DNA of 64,000 nucleotides from Anaerolineales bacterium (GCA_019637755.1 JAHBVC010000001.1:1521104-1585103); one strand, 5' to 3'; counted from the first letter of the stretch, positions 8,405 to 18,700 are shown. The notes: generated by a model not told the origin, from the letters alone. Made by a program: numbers and translations.

Positions 8405-9157
8405 ATGGCAACCGCAAAAAGGACCGCGCGCACGCAAAAGCGCCAGCCAGCTACAGGCGATGAAATTTTGCACATCCAGATCAAACGCCGCCACCTGTGG
8501 GCGCTGATTGCACCGCTGGCCTTCCTTTTGGGCTTATGGGCCGGCTACTTGCTGTGGGGGCGCGCCCCGGCCGCCGCGGCGCCCAGCGCCGCCGACAGTG
8601 CCGATGTGGGCACGCAGATCGAAGGCCTGCAGCGCTATGACATCAACCTGGAGGGCGACCCCGTGCTGGGGCCGGCGGATGCACCGGTGACGATCGTGGA
8701 GTTTGCGGATTTTCAGTGCCCGTATTGTGTGCGCCACTTTGAGCAGACCATGCCGCAACTGATGGAACGATATGGTGACCAGGTGCGCTTTGTGTTTAAG
8801 AATTACCCGCTCAACAGCATTCATCCGGATGCCGATGCAGCCGCCCAGGCGGCCGAATGTGCCAATGAACAAGGCATGTTCTGGGAGTATCACGACCTGC
8901 TGTTTGGCGGCACGCTGGGCTTGGGCCCGAGCGCCTATACTAGCTATGCTGAGCAACTGGGCCTGGATGTAGCCGCACTGAGCACCTGCCTGGCGGAGGG
9001 GCGCTATGCCGATGCCGTCAAGCAGGATTTGGCGCTGGGGCAGCAGTACGGGGTGAGCTCTACGCCTACCTTTTTCATCAACGGGATCGCCCTGGTGGGC
9101 GCTTACCCCTTTGATACCTTTGCTTCGATCATCGATTACGAATTAGCCAACCGCTAA
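8405..9157 (+). CDS. DsbA-family thiol:disulfide oxidoreductase, membrane-anchored
   Basis: FADFQCPYCVRHF (CPYC active site) with an N-terminal TM helix LWALIAPLAFLLGLWAGYLLW. Start at MATAK (8405). Confidence 0.85.
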   Translation: MATAKRTARTQKRQPATGDEILHIQIKRRHLWALIAPLAFLLGLWAGYLLWGRAPAAAAPSAADSADVGTQIEGLQRYDINLEGDPVLGPADAPVTIVEFADFQCPYCVRHFEQTMPQLMERYGDQVRFVFKNYPLNSIHPDADAAAQAAECANEQGMFWEYHDLLFGGTLGLGPSAYTSYAEQLGLDVAALSTCLAEGRYADAVKQDLALGQQYGVSSTPTFFINGIALVGAYPFDTFASIIDYELANR

Positions 9158-9161
9158 CCGC

Positions 9162-9192
9162 AACAAAAAAGCCGCTCAACGAGCGGCTTTTT
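9162..9192. terminator. bidirectional rho-independent terminator
   Basis: AAAAAAGCCGCTCaacGAGCGGCTTTTTTT, placed between convergent genes. Confidence 0.8.
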
Positions 9193-10098
9193 TTATCTTG
9201 TGGGGCTGGCTTGTTTGAAGTTGTAAATACCGTTGTGGATGCCCCAGTGACGTCCACAGGCACACTGCAGCCCCTTGCCTTGCGGCGCACCCAGGGGCGC
9301 ACCACATTCTGGGCATTTGAAAAAGGCCCCCGGGGCCGCTACGCTACTGCTGGCCGCGGCGCGGGCGCGCACGAAAATGCTGGGGGTGTACTTCCACAGC
9401 GCACCCAGCGGCTGGAACAGCGCATCCAGCGCCACCAGCAGGCGGGTGGGCACATGGCGCTTGAGCCAGCCCACGCGGAAGTGCGAAACGGCCAGTTGGC
9501 GCTCGATCGCAAAACCCAGCTGGCGCAGCCAGCCATTGATCGCCTTGGGGTGGAAATCAAAATTGAGCGGGATGTACTCCACCGGCTCCAGGCTGAACGG
9601 GCTCCACTTCTGGCGGTCCAGCAGCCAACGGAGGATCGATTTTAGGTTGCGCTTGTTGGCATATTCCAGGATCAGCGTCGCCTGCGGTTGCAAGGTGTTG
9701 CGCACCTGCTGCAAGGCGGCAGGTGCATCGGCCATGTGGTGCAAGACGCGGATGATGGTAGCGCCATCAAACAAGCCATCTACAAAGGGCAGCTTGTACA
9801 CATCGGCGGCTACGTAAATATAGCGTTCACTGCTGCCCAGGTATTGCTGGGCTTGCTCAAGCTGGGTGGTGGAGTAATCCATCACCACGATGCGCTCGTA
9901 GCCCGCGTAGCGTGGCGTGTTGCGCCCAGCGCCGGCGCCGACTTCCAGCATCAGTTGGCCGTGCGCCGGCAGCAGGCGGCGCAACGCCACCGCTTCGGCG
10001 CCGTCTTCGTAGGCGCGGCCGCCCTGCTCCCAGAAGCGGGTTTGATAGTCCGACCCCTCATAATCGCAGATGGGCGGGTGCTGAGGGTCAGTTGCCAT
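9193..10098 (-). CDS. class I SAM-dependent methyltransferase with a C-terminal zinc ribbon
   Basis: [12 protein letters not shown] (motif I). C-terminal segment [11 protein letters not shown]...LQCACGRHW. The start MATDP (10098) overlaps the ugd stop by 11 nt. Confidence 0.8.
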   Translation of the reverse strand: MATDPQHPPICDYEGSDYQTRFWEQGGRAYEDGAEAVALRRLLPAHGQLMLEVGAGAGRNTPRYAGYERIVVMDYSTTQLEQAQQYLGSSERYIYVAADVYKLPFVDGLFDGATIIRVLHHMADAPAALQQVRNTLQPQATLILEYANKRNLKSILRWLLDRQKWSPFSLEPVEYIPLNFDFHPKAINGWLRQLGFAIERQLAVSHFRVGWLKRHVPTRLLVALDALFQPLGALWKYTPSIFVRARAAASSSVAAPGAFFKCPECGAPLGAPQGKGLQCACGRHWGIHNGIYNFKQASPTR

Positions 10099-11431
10099 TG
10101 ACGTGTGCTTTGATCTTGGTCTTGGCGCCGGCGGCATTGCCGCGGCCTACGCCGTAGTAGGTGAAGCCCAAATTGCGCATCACTTCGGGCGTGTAAATGT
10201 TGCGGCCATCCAGCAACACCGGTTGCTTCATACTGGCATGCACGCGGGCGAGATCCAAATTCTTGAATTCGTTCCATTCGGTAGCCACCAGCAGTGCGTC
10301 CACGCCTTCGGCTAGCGAGTAGGCATCGTTGAACAGTTCTACCCCGGGCAATAGGCCGCGGGCCACGTCCATCGCCACCGGGTCATAGCCGCGCACGCTG
10401 GCACCAGCGGCTTGCAGGGCTTGCGCGATGTCGATCGAAGGTGCATCGCGCATATCGTCGGTATTGGCTTTGAAGGCCAGGCCCAGCAGGCCCACGGTCT
10501 TGCCTTGCAGGCCGCCCAGCATTTCATCCAGCTTGTCTACGATGGCTTGGCGGCGAGCGCTGTTGACCTGCATCACTGAATTGAGAATGCGCGTATCCAC
10601 GCCCATCTCATCGCCCATGAAGGCCAGCGCTTTGACGTCTTTGGGGAAGCACGAGCCACCGTAGCCTAAGCCGGCCTCAAGGAATTGCTTGCCGATGCGG
10701 CTATCAAAGCCCATGCCGGCGGCGACCTCTTTTACATCCGCACCCAGGCGCTCGCAGATATCGGCAATCTCGTTGATGAAGGAGATCTTAGTCGCCAGGA
10801 AGGCATTGGAGGCGTACTTGATCATCTCGGCGGTGCGCAGATCGGTGATCACGATCGGGGCGCGCAGGGTGAGGTGCAGTTGCGCTACCTTGTCCGCGGC
10901 TTCACGATTGGTGGAGCCTAACACCGTGCGATGCGGGTTCATAAAATCGGCAATCGCCACGCCCTCGCGCAGGAACTCAGGGCAGGAGACTACCCAGAAA
11001 TCGATGGGCTGGGGCTGGGCTTCGTGTACGATCTCGGCTACCCAGTCACCCGTGCCAACTGGCACGGTGGATTTATTGATCACGATCAGCGGCGCCACCA
11101 TGTTCTGAGCAATGCTGCGCGCCGCCGCCTCCACATACTTCAGATCGGCTTCGCCATCTTCGCCCGAGGGGGTGCCCACGCAGATGAACACGAATTCGCT
11201 GTCTTTGAGCGCGTCCTTGTACGAAGTGGTGAAGTGCAGCCGGCCGGCAGCGACATTGCGCTTCACCAGCTCTTCCAGCCCCGGTTCGTAGATCGGCATT
11301 TCGCCGCGTTTGAGCCCAGCGACGCGCTCTTCGTTCACATCCAGGGCGATGACCTGATTGCCCAGGTCGCTAAAGCAGGCGGCCGTGACCAGGCCCACAT
11401 AGCCCACCCCGATTACGCTAATCTTCCGCAT
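10088..11431 (-). CDS. ugd: UDP-glucose 6-dehydrogenase
   Basis: [25 protein letters not shown]..., GGSCFPKD catalytic Cys motif. GGAGG SD upstream. Confidence 0.93.
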   Translation of the reverse strand: MRKISVIGVGYVGLVTAACFSDLGNQVIALDVNEERVAGLKRGEMPIYEPGLEELVKRNVAAGRLHFTTSYKDALKDSEFVFICVGTPSGEDGEADLKYVEAAARSIAQNMVAPLIVINKSTVPVGTGDWVAEIVHEAQPQPIDFWVVSCPEFLREGVAIADFMNPHRTVLGSTNREAADKVAQLHLTLRAPIVITDLRTAEMIKYASNAFLATKISFINEIADICERLGADVKEVAAGMGFDSRIGKQFLEAGLGYGGSCFPKDVKALAFMGDEMGVDTRILNSVMQVNSARRQAIVDKLDEMLGGLQGKTVGLLGLAFKANTDDMRDAPSIDIAQALQAAGASVRGYDPVAMDVARGLLPGVELFNDAYSLAEGVDALLVATEWNEFKNLDLARVHASMKQPVLLDGRNIYTPEVMRNLGFTYYGVGRGNAAGAKTKIKAHVNGN

Positions 11432-11506
11432 TCAAATGCCTCCACAGCCTAAAACGAAATCGAATCATAACACCGGCCCCCCGCCAGGCGCAAAAAACCA
11501 AAAGGT

Positions 11507-11512
11507 TACAAT
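11507..11512 (+). promoter_or_regulatory. -10 TACAAT, 6 nt upstream of GTG 11519 (leaderless candidate)
   Basis: ggtTACAATcacaggGTG. Confidence 0.45.
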
Positions 11513-11518
11513 CACAGG

Positions 11519-12310
11519 GTGAAGCTGCAATACTACCGTGCGCTGCGGTTGTTTGGGCTGGGCCTGGCCGCTTGCCAGCTGGCCGCTTGCCAGCCGGCTG
11601 CGGTGCCGCAGCCCACGCTAACTCCCAGCGCCACGGCCGCACCCAGCCATACGCCGCAACCCAGTGCCACCTTCACGCCTAGTGCCACCGTGCGGCCGCT
11701 CAGCGCAGTGTGCAGCCCGCTGGCCGAGCACGACATCCACAGCCTGATCACGCTTTACCTGACCCAGCCCTTCATCCCACCCCAGGGTGAGAACAAAGAA
11801 ACCGGCCATCACGGCGTAGATTTTGCTTACTACCGCGGCGGGCCAACTGGCGGCCACATCAATGGCACCCCGGTGCAAGCGATGCTGGATGGCTGGGTGG
11901 CTGGCCTGGGCTACAACCCGGTCTATGGCAATTATGTGATCCTAGAAACGCCGGCTGCGTGGCTGCCCGCCGCCGTGGCACAACTTTATGCACTGGGCAC
12001 GGATGATGCGCTGTATCTACTGTATGCCCATCTGCAGCAACCGGCGCCCTTTGCGCTTGGCGCGGAGCTGAGCTGTGCCGAGGTGCTCGGCCATGTGGGC
12101 GATTCGGGCGACCGCTTCTTCGTCAGCGATCCGCACCTGCACCTGGAGACGCGCCACGGCCCGGCGGGCCTGCAGATCGGCGCGATGTCGTATTACAGCA
12201 CCAGCGCCAGCGAAGCGGAGCAGCAAAACTATCTGCTTTGGCGCACCAGTGATACATTTATATTGAGCGATCCGCTGTGGTTGCTCACCTACGCCGCCGA
12301 GACCCCATAG
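11519..12310 (+). CDS. M23-family metallopeptidase lipoprotein
   Basis: HHGVDFAY ... DPHLHLE (M23/LytM HxxxD and HxH motifs). N-terminal signal with a duplicated lipobox LAACQLAACQ. Confidence 0.8.
   Translation: MKLQYYRALRLFGLGLAACQLAACQPAAVPQPTLTPSATAAPSHTPQPSATFTPSATVRPLSAVCSPLAEHDIHSLITLYLTQPFIPPQGENKETGHHGVDFAYYRGGPTGGHINGTPVQAMLDGWVAGLGYNPVYGNYVILETPAAWLPAAVAQLYALGTDDALYLLYAHLQQPAPFALGAELSCAEVLGHVGDSGDRFFVSDPHLHLETRHGPAGLQIGAMSYYSTSASEAEQQNYLLWRTSDTFILSDPLWLLTYAAETP
11564..11593 (+). repeat. perfect 15-nt tandem duplication (CTGGCCGCTTGCCAG x2) inside the signal peptide
   Basis: Read directly; it duplicates the residues LAACQ. Confidence 0.9.
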
Positions 12311-12316
12311 GATGCC

Positions 12317-13972
12317 ATGACTCAACCCCGAACGCTGCGCGCCCCGCGCGGCCAAGCCCTGACTTGCAAAAACTGGCAGATCGAAGCCGTCTATCGCATG
12401 CTGCAAAATAACTTGGATCCGGAGGTGGCCGAGCGCCCTGAGGATCTGGTGGTGTACGGTGGCCGCGGCCAGGCGGCGCGTAGTTGGGAGGCGCTGGACG
12501 CCATCCTTGAGACGCTGCGCAACCTGGAGCCGGATGAAACCCTGTTGGTGCAATCGGGCAAGCCGGTGGTGGTGTTTCGCTCGCACAGCGATGCGCCGCG
12601 GGTGCTGATTGCCAATTCCAACCTGGTGCCGTATTGGGCCACACAACAGCACTTTGATGAGCTGGCGGCCAAGGGCTTAATCATGTACGGGCAGATGACC
12701 GCTGGCTCGTGGATCTACATCGGCACGCAAGGCATTTTGCAAGGCACCTATGAGACGCTGGGCGCCCTGGCGCGCCAACGCGGCTGGGCCTCCCTGCGCG
12801 GCAAGTTTGTGCTCACCGCCGGCTTGGGCGGTATGGGCGGCGCCCAGCCACTGGCGATCACCATGAACGAGGGCGTGGGCCTGGTGGTGGAGATCGATCC
12901 GGCGCGCGCCAAGCGCCGCCAGGAGATCGGCTACGTAGATGATGTCGTCGATACCCTTGAAGAAGCGATGACCCTGGTGGAAGACTATGTTGCCAAGGGC
13001 CAGCCGCGCTCGATCGGTTTGATCGGCAACGCCGCCGAGCTTTTCCCGGAGCTGTTGCAGCGCGGTGTGGTGCCCGATGTAGTGACCGATCAAACCCCGG
13101 CGCACGACCTGCTGGCCTATGTGCCCGCCCGCATGAGCCTCGCCGCGGCACAGGCGCTGCGCAGTAGTGACCCGGCCGAGTTTGAGCGCCGCGCCCAGGC
13201 CAGCATGGCTGCCCATGTGGAGGCGATGCTGGGCTTCCAGCGGAAGGGCAGCGAAGTCTTCGATTACGGTAACAACTTACGCCAACGCGCCTTGGAGTAT
13301 GGCGTCACGAATGCGTTCGACTTCCCCGGGTTTGTACCCGCCTACATTCGCCCGCTGTTCAGCGAAGGCAAAGGCCCGTTCCGCTGGGTGGCACTGAGCG
13401 GTGACCCTGAAGATATCTACAAGACCGATGCCGCCATCAAGGCCCTCTTCCCTGAGGATGCCCACCTGCATCGCTGGCTGGATATGGCGCGTGAGCGCAT
13501 CCCTTTTCAGGGGCTGCCGGCGCGGATTTGCTGGCTGGGCTATGGCGAGCGCGCCAAGGCGGGCCTGCGTTTCAATGAGATGGTGGCCAGCGGTGAATTG
13601 AGCGCGCCGATCGCCATCGGGCGTGACCATCTTGACTCTGGCTCGGTGGCCTCGCCCAATCGTGAGACCGAAGCGATGAAAGATGGCACCGACGCAGTCA
13701 GTGACTGGCCGATCCTCAACGCGCTGATCAACGCCGTCAACGGCGCCACATGGGTGTCGTTCCATCATGGCGGTGGCGTGGGCATTGGCTACAGCCAGCA
13801 TGCTGGCCAAGTGATCGTGGCCGACGGTACGCCGGAGGCGACGGCGCGCATTGCCCGCGTGCTCACCAGCGATCCCGGCATGGGCGTGGTGCGCCACGCC
13901 GATGCCGGCTACCCTGAGGCGATTGCCGCGGCGCAGCGCCACGGCATCCATATGCCGATGCTCAAGCGCTAG
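12317..13972 (+). CDS. hutU: urocanate hydratase
   Basis: [42 protein letters not shown]..., full-length urocanase. Confidence 0.95.
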   Translation: MTQPRTLRAPRGQALTCKNWQIEAVYRMLQNNLDPEVAERPEDLVVYGGRGQAARSWEALDAILETLRNLEPDETLLVQSGKPVVVFRSHSDAPRVLIANSNLVPYWATQQHFDELAAKGLIMYGQMTAGSWIYIGTQGILQGTYETLGALARQRGWASLRGKFVLTAGLGGMGGAQPLAITMNEGVGLVVEIDPARAKRRQEIGYVDDVVDTLEEAMTLVEDYVAKGQPRSIGLIGNAAELFPELLQRGVVPDVVTDQTPAHDLLAYVPARMSLAAAQALRSSDPAEFERRAQASMAAHVEAMLGFQRKGSEVFDYGNNLRQRALEYGVTNAFDFPGFVPAYIRPLFSEGKGPFRWVALSGDPEDIYKTDAAIKALFPEDAHLHRWLDMARERIPFQGLPARICWLGYGERAKAGLRFNEMVASGELSAPIAIGRDHLDSGSVASPNRETEAMKDGTDAVSDWPILNALINAVNGATWVSFHHGGGVGIGYSQHAGQVIVADGTPEATARIARVLTSDPGMGVVRHADAGYPEAIAAAQRHGIHMPMLKR

Positions 13973-13986
13973 CCTGCGTACCTGCG

Positions 13987-15159
13987 ATGGCCGCGCGCAA
14001 AGACTCGCTGCGCCTGCAACTGGTGTTTTTCACACTGGTACGCATGCTGATCAGCACCATCTTCCGTATGGTGTATCCCTTCTTGCCAGTATTCCGTGAC
14101 GCGCTTAACGTGCCCCTGGATACCTTGACGCGTGCGGTGGGCTTGCGCTCGCTGGCCGCCGCCCTCCTGGCGCCGTTCTTCGGCACCCTGGGCGACAGCC
14201 GCGGCCGCCGCACGGGCATGTTGGTGGGTATGGGCATCTTTGTAGGGGGCGCGGTTGTGGTCAGCCTGCTGCCAAGCTTCGCGGGCTTTGTGGCGGCGAT
14301 GGTGTTGATGTTGCTGGGCAAGGTGACCTACGACCCGTCCGTGCAGGCCTACATTGGCGATCGGGTGCCGTATGCGCGCCGCAGTGCTGCCATTACCGTC
14401 ACCGAATTCAGTTGGTCCACCGCATTTATCATCGGCGTGCCGGCGATGGGTTGGGTGATCGGCCGGGCGGGTTGGCTGGCTCCCTTCCAGTTGGTGGGGC
14501 TGCTGGTGTTGGCCTGCCTGGTGTTTCTGTTGTTTCTACTGCCCAAGGATCAGCCGCATCCGCAGGCGGCCAGCAGCACCTTTTCCAAGTTCCGCCTGGT
14601 GCTGCAATCCCCCGCGGCGCGCGCCGCACTGCTGTTTACGCTGTTTACCTGCATCGCTAACGAATTGGTGGGGCTCTCGTTTGGCGTCTGGCTTGAGGAT
14701 CGCTTCAGTTTGCAACTGCAGGCCTTAGGCTGGGCCGCGGCCGCCCTGGGCATCGCCGAGCTGAGCGGCGAGGGACTGGTGGCCTTGTTCACTGACCGGC
14801 TGGGTAAACGCCGCGCCATCTTTTTGGGAGTGGTGCTGAATTGCCTGGCCTGCCTGCTGCTGCCGCTGATGGGCCACAGTTACCTCGGGGCGTTGCTGGC
14901 CCTGATCCTCTTCTATATCAGCTTTGAATTCACCATCGTCAGCTCGATCCCGCTGATGACCGAGGTGCTGCCGCATGCGCGTGCCACCGTGATGGCCAGC
15001 TTCTTCATCCTGGCTTCGATCGGGCGTGCTACTGCCAGCCTGGTGACGCCAGCTCTGTATGCCCAGGGGTTTGGTTTCAATGCTGGCGTGGCGATCCTTT
15101 TCAATCTGGTGGCGCTGGCCTGCCTGGGCCGCCTGGTCTTGAGTGAGCACGATCGCTAA
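13987..15159 (+). CDS. MFS transporter
   Basis: About 12 predicted TM helices with the MFS loop motif GTLGDSRGRR. Confidence 0.8.
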   Translation: MAARKDSLRLQLVFFTLVRMLISTIFRMVYPFLPVFRDALNVPLDTLTRAVGLRSLAAALLAPFFGTLGDSRGRRTGMLVGMGIFVGGAVVVSLLPSFAGFVAAMVLMLLGKVTYDPSVQAYIGDRVPYARRSAAITVTEFSWSTAFIIGVPAMGWVIGRAGWLAPFQLVGLLVLACLVFLLFLLPKDQPHPQAASSTFSKFRLVLQSPAARAALLFTLFTCIANELVGLSFGVWLEDRFSLQLQALGWAAAALGIAELSGEGLVALFTDRLGKRRAIFLGVVLNCLACLLLPLMGHSYLGALLALILFYISFEFTIVSSIPLMTEVLPHARATVMASFFILASIGRATASLVTPALYAQGFGFNAGVAILFNLVALACLGRLVLSEHDR

Positions 15160-15199
15160 ATACCCACGCTTCGTTAACCTCCCCGCGCAAGCAGGCCGC

Positions 15200-15205
15200 T
15201 ATAAT
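15200..15205 (+). promoter_or_regulatory. -10 TATAAT, 6 nt upstream of ATG 15212 (leaderless candidate)
   Basis: gcTATAATttcggcATG. Confidence 0.5.
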
Positions 15206-15211
15206 TTCGGC

Positions 15212-16420
15212 ATGATGCGTACCCTGCACCTTGCACTCTTGCTGGCCTTCGGCCTGGCGCTGTGGCCCAGCACGGCCCTGGCTGCGCCTGCGGCGCAGCC
15301 GCTGCAGGCCGACCCCTTGTGCCTGCCGCCCACCTTCGCCGGCAGCAGCAGCGCCGATTGCACTCCGCTCGGCTCGTATGGCTACTTTCAGCGCCTGAGC
15401 CAGTTGGGCATGAGCTTGCCCGTGCGCCCGTTGGTGGCGCAGACGGTAGACCCGGCGCTGAGCGATTTGCCGGTGAGCTATGCCATGGTCAACACTATGT
15501 CGGGCGGTGCGGTGATCGAGCGCCCGGTGTATCCCTCCCTGGCGGATGCCGCCGCGGGCACCAATCCCAGTTTTTACATCAAGGCTGGCGAGAGCCCGCA
15601 TTATGTCACTTACAGCGCGGTGCAGGAACTGGATGGCAAGAGCTACTACTACACCAACCTGGGCTGGATGCGGCGTAGCGACCTTTCGCCAGCCGAGGTG
15701 CGCCGCTTTAGCATGGGCCAGCTCTTCGACACCGCGCCGACGCGTACCTTTGGCTGGGTGTTGGAGCACGCCGCTGGCGAGGCGGCGCCCTTCGCCCCCT
15801 ATGCCGCCCCGAGCCTGAGCGCGCCGCGCGGCAGCACGGGCCAGGCTGCCTACACGGTGCTGGAGGTATTTGATACGCAGCAGGTGGGCGATTTGAGCTG
15901 GTACTTGGTGGGGCCGGATGAATGGCTGAACTCGTTGCAGATGCGCCTGGTGGTGCCGATGAGCGCACCGCCCGAAGGCGTAGAGAACGGCCGCTGGATC
16001 GAGATCAACCTGGAGCAGCAATCGCTGGCGGTCTACGAGAACAACCAGATGATCTTTGCCACCTTGGTGGCTACTGGCCTCGACAATCTCTGGACGCGGC
16101 CAGGCTTATTCCAGATCTATGAGAAGCACGAAGAAACCCCGATGAGCGGAGACTTCTCCGCCGGCATTGGTGGCTACTACTATCTGGCCAATGTGCCCTG
16201 GACGATGTACTACGACCAGGCGCGGGCGATCCACGGTGCCTACTGGCGCCAGAAGCAATTCTTCGGCTTCCAGGGCTCGCATGGTTGCGTGAACCTGGCG
16301 ATCGGCGATGCCCGCTGGGTCTACGACTGGGCTACGCTAGGCGACTGGGTCTATGTGCATGACCCCTCGGGGCGCACCCCGACCGATGCGGAGTTCCAGT
16401 ACGGCGAGGGTGGGGCGTAA
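15212..16420 (+). CDS. L,D-transpeptidase (YkuD domain), secreted
   Basis: Signal peptide MMRTLHLALLLAFGLALWPSTALA. The C-terminal YkuD motif ...IHGAYW...GSHGCVNL contains the catalytic His and Cys. Confidence 0.85.
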   Translation: MMRTLHLALLLAFGLALWPSTALAAPAAQPLQADPLCLPPTFAGSSSADCTPLGSYGYFQRLSQLGMSLPVRPLVAQTVDPALSDLPVSYAMVNTMSGGAVIERPVYPSLADAAAGTNPSFYIKAGESPHYVTYSAVQELDGKSYYYTNLGWMRRSDLSPAEVRRFSMGQLFDTAPTRTFGWVLEHAAGEAAPFAPYAAPSLSAPRGSTGQAAYTVLEVFDTQQVGDLSWYLVGPDEWLNSLQMRLVVPMSAPPEGVENGRWIEINLEQQSLAVYENNQMIFATLVATGLDNLWTRPGLFQIYEKHEETPMSGDFSAGIGGYYYLANVPWTMYYDQARAIHGAYWRQKQFFGFQGSHGCVNLAIGDARWVYDWATLGDWVYVHDPSGRTPTDAEFQYGEGGA

Positions 16421-16424
16421 AGGC

Positions 16425-16465
16425 AGCTGTCAGCGTAAAGAAGCTGTCAGCTTTCAGTTTTAAGC
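16425..16465. repeat. AGCT-N3 heptad tracts (AGCTGTC AGCG...; AGCTGTC AGCTTTC AGTTTTA AGC)
   Basis: Read directly. AGCTGTCAGC occurs at 16425 and 16442. Confidence 0.8.
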
Positions 16466-16539
16466 AAATATCCGGCTGTGTTCTTAATTCTAGTAATGCG
16501 CTGCCTTCTAGCGGAGGTGGACCTGTCCCGCGTGTTCGA

Positions 16540-16557
16540 AGCTGATAGCTTACAGCT
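16540..16557. repeat. AGCT-N3 heptad tract (AGCTGAT AGCTTAC AGCT)
   Basis: Read directly, 36 nt upstream of the -10 of the Fe-S gene. Confidence 0.8.
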
Positions 16558-16592
16558 ATTGGCTTAGAGCATACGGCTTTCCTTGCCTATGC

Positions 16593-16598
16593 TAGAAT
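16593..16598 (+). promoter_or_regulatory. -10 TAGAAT, 7 nt upstream of ATG 16606 (leaderless candidate)
   Basis: gcTAGAATttttgtcATG. Confidence 0.5.
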
Positions 16599-16605
16599 TT
16601 TTGTC

Positions 16606-18609
16606 ATGCTCACACTTCCAGAGAAGATCGTCTTTGTCCTCGCCGCGGCCGCCAGCGGGTATGCGGCTTTGCAGGTGGCCTTGCGCGTCATCCGCATCAT
16701 TGGCCGCGGCCACGGCCGGCCGGATTGGTCGCTGATCCCTAAACGCCTGCTGCCTACGGGCGTCAAGGCGGTGGCGCTCACGCCCACCTGGCGCAAGCGC
16801 CTGCTGGTCAGCGTGCTGCACGCCATGGTGGTGTGGGCCTTCATGTTCTATCTGCTGGTCAACATTGGCGATGTGCTCGAAGCGCTGTTTGCTGGCTTCA
16901 TCTTCCTGGGCCAGGGCACTTTGGGCAACCTGTACCGCCTGGTGGCGGATCTGCTCACCGTGGCGGGCATCAGCGGCATGCTGGCCTTGCTGCTGCGCCG
17001 CTTTGTGCTGCGCGCCAAAGAGCTCACCACGCGTGAGAGTACGCTGCTGCATCCCAAGGCGCGTGCCGGCATCCGCCGCGATTCGTTGATCGTGGGCTTG
17101 TTCATCGTCTTCCACCTGGGCGGACGCTTCCTGGGTAACAGCTTTAAGCTCGCCCTGCACGGGGCCGACGCGTGGCAGCCGCTGTCTTCCGCCGCGGCAC
17201 AGTTGTGGGCCGGGCTCTCGCCCCAAGCGCTGACGGTCGGCGAGCATGTGGGTTTTTGGCTGGCCATCGGCCTGATCATGGCCTTCTTCCCGTATTTCTT
17301 GTATTCCAAGCACATCCACATCTTCATGGCGCCGCTCAATTTCCTGCTGCGCCCCGAACGCACTGCCCCTGGTGCGCTGGATAAGCTGAATTTTGACGAT
17401 AACTCCATCGAGCAGTTTGGCGCCACGCGTGTAGAAGATTTTGCCTGGCACCAGATTCTGGATGGCTATGCCTGCATTATGTGTAACCGCTGCCAGGATG
17501 CCTGCCCGGCCTACAACACCGGCAAGGTGCTCTCGCCCGCCGCGCTGGAGATCAACAAACGCTACTTCTTCAACCAAGAGGGCGCGCGCCTGGCGGCCGG
17601 CGAAGCCAGTAGCCAAACGCTGCTGGAATTTGCCATCAGCGAAGAAGCCGTGCTGGCTTGCACCGCCTGTGGCGCCTGCACGGAGATCTGCCCGGTGGGC
17701 AATGACCCGATGCGCGACATCATGGACATCCGCCGTTCGATGGTGCTGATGGAAGACAAAGCCCCGGCCCAATGGCAAACCGCCTTCCGCGGCATGGAAC
17801 GCAGCATGAACCCCTGGAACGTGCCGCCCACTGAGCGCATGAAGTGGGCTGAGGGGTTGAACGTGCAGACCATCGAGCAGAACCCTGAGCCCGAAGTGCT
17901 GTGGTGGGTGGGCTGTGCCCCGGCGACCGACCCGCGCGCTCAGAAGACTGCCCAAGCCCTGGCGCAGGTGCTGCAGGCGGCCGGCGTCAATTTTGCCGTG
18001 CTGGGCCAGAACGAGCAGTGCACCGGCGATTCGGCGCGGCGGGCGGGCAACGAGTTCCTGTTCAATGAGTTGGCTACGGCCAACGTGGAAGTTCTCAATG
18101 AGGTGGCGCCCAAACGCATCCTCACCACTTGCCCGCACTGCATGCACACGCTCAAGAATGAGTACCCGCAATTTGGCGGCCACTATGAGGTGGTGCACCA
18201 CACCAGCTTTATTGATGAACTGATCAATACGGGGCGCCTCAAGGTGAAGGCCGGCGCCGATACGCAGACCGCCATGCACGACCCGTGCTACCTGGGCCGG
18301 CAAAATGATGTGGTTATCGAGCCACGCAACGTGCTCAACGCCGTCAACGCCGATGTGGTCGAGATGGCGCGTACCAAGAAGCAATCCTTCTGTTGCGGCG
18401 CCGGCGGTGCCCAGATGTGGAAGGAAGAAGAGCATGGCACCAGCCGCGTTAATAGCGAGCGCATCCGCCAGGCGCAGGAGGTCGGCGTCGAGACGTTGGC
18501 GGTGGGCTGCCCGTACTGCATGATCATGCTCTCGGATGCCGCCAAGACCGATGCGCCGCAAATGCGTGTGCGTGACGTGGTGGAGATCGTCTTCGAGAAT
18601 TTGGAATAA
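16606..18609 (+). CDS. membrane-anchored (Fe-S)-binding oxidoreductase, HdrD/GlpC/DsrK-like with a fused N-terminal polytopic domain
   Basis: Two ferredoxin-type motifs, CIMCNRCQDACP and CTACGACTEICP. Two CCG-type Cys-rich domains (WVGCAP..., TTCPHCMHT, HDPCYLGR, FCCGAGG, GCPYCMIM). About 6 N-terminal TM helices. Confidence 0.85.
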   Translation: MLTLPEKIVFVLAAAASGYAALQVALRVIRIIGRGHGRPDWSLIPKRLLPTGVKAVALTPTWRKRLLVSVLHAMVVWAFMFYLLVNIGDVLEALFAGFIFLGQGTLGNLYRLVADLLTVAGISGMLALLLRRFVLRAKELTTRESTLLHPKARAGIRRDSLIVGLFIVFHLGGRFLGNSFKLALHGADAWQPLSSAAAQLWAGLSPQALTVGEHVGFWLAIGLIMAFFPYFLYSKHIHIFMAPLNFLLRPERTAPGALDKLNFDDNSIEQFGATRVEDFAWHQILDGYACIMCNRCQDACPAYNTGKVLSPAALEINKRYFFNQEGARLAAGEASSQTLLEFAISEEAVLACTACGACTEICPVGNDPMRDIMDIRRSMVLMEDKAPAQWQTAFRGMERSMNPWNVPPTERMKWAEGLNVQTIEQNPEPEVLWWVGCAPATDPRAQKTAQALAQVLQAAGVNFAVLGQNEQCTGDSARRAGNEFLFNELATANVEVLNEVAPKRILTTCPHCMHTLKNEYPQFGGHYEVVHHTSFIDELINTGRLKVKAGADTQTAMHDPCYLGRQNDVVIEPRNVLNAVNADVVEMARTKKQSFCCGAGGAQMWKEEEHGTSRVNSERIRQAQEVGVETLAVGCPYCMIMLSDAAKTDAPQMRVRDVVEIVFENLE

Positions 18610-18611
18610 GC

Positions 18612-18642
18612 AGCTGTTAGCTGTCAGCTTGTAGCGTTCAGC
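18612..18642. repeat. AGCT-N3 heptad tract (AGCTGTT AGCTGTC AGCTTGT AGCGTTC AGC)
   Basis: Read directly, starting 3 nt after the stop of the Fe-S gene. Confidence 0.8.
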
Positions 18643-18662
18643 AAAGGCAAACAATAAATAAA

Positions 18663-18688
18663 AACAGCGTAGCCGATGCTACGCTGTT
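18663..18688 (+). terminator. rho-independent terminator-like hairpin
   Basis: AACAGCGTAGC-cgat-GCTACGCTGTT followed by TAATTT. Confidence 0.7.
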
Positions 18689-18700
18689 TAATTTACCCTT

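Noticed and set aside
15101-16021. 306-aa reverse-strand ORF
   Set aside because: It is antisense to the MFS 3' end and the L,D-transpeptidase gene, and has low-complexity Arg/Ala/Gly content.
16564-18654. 696-aa reverse-strand ORF spanning the whole Fe-S oxidoreductase locus
   Set aside because: This is an antisense shadow ORF. Its product is Arg/Gly/His/Ala-rich and low-complexity, with no motifs. The plus-strand frame carries unambiguous 4Fe-4S and CCG cysteine motifs and TM helices.
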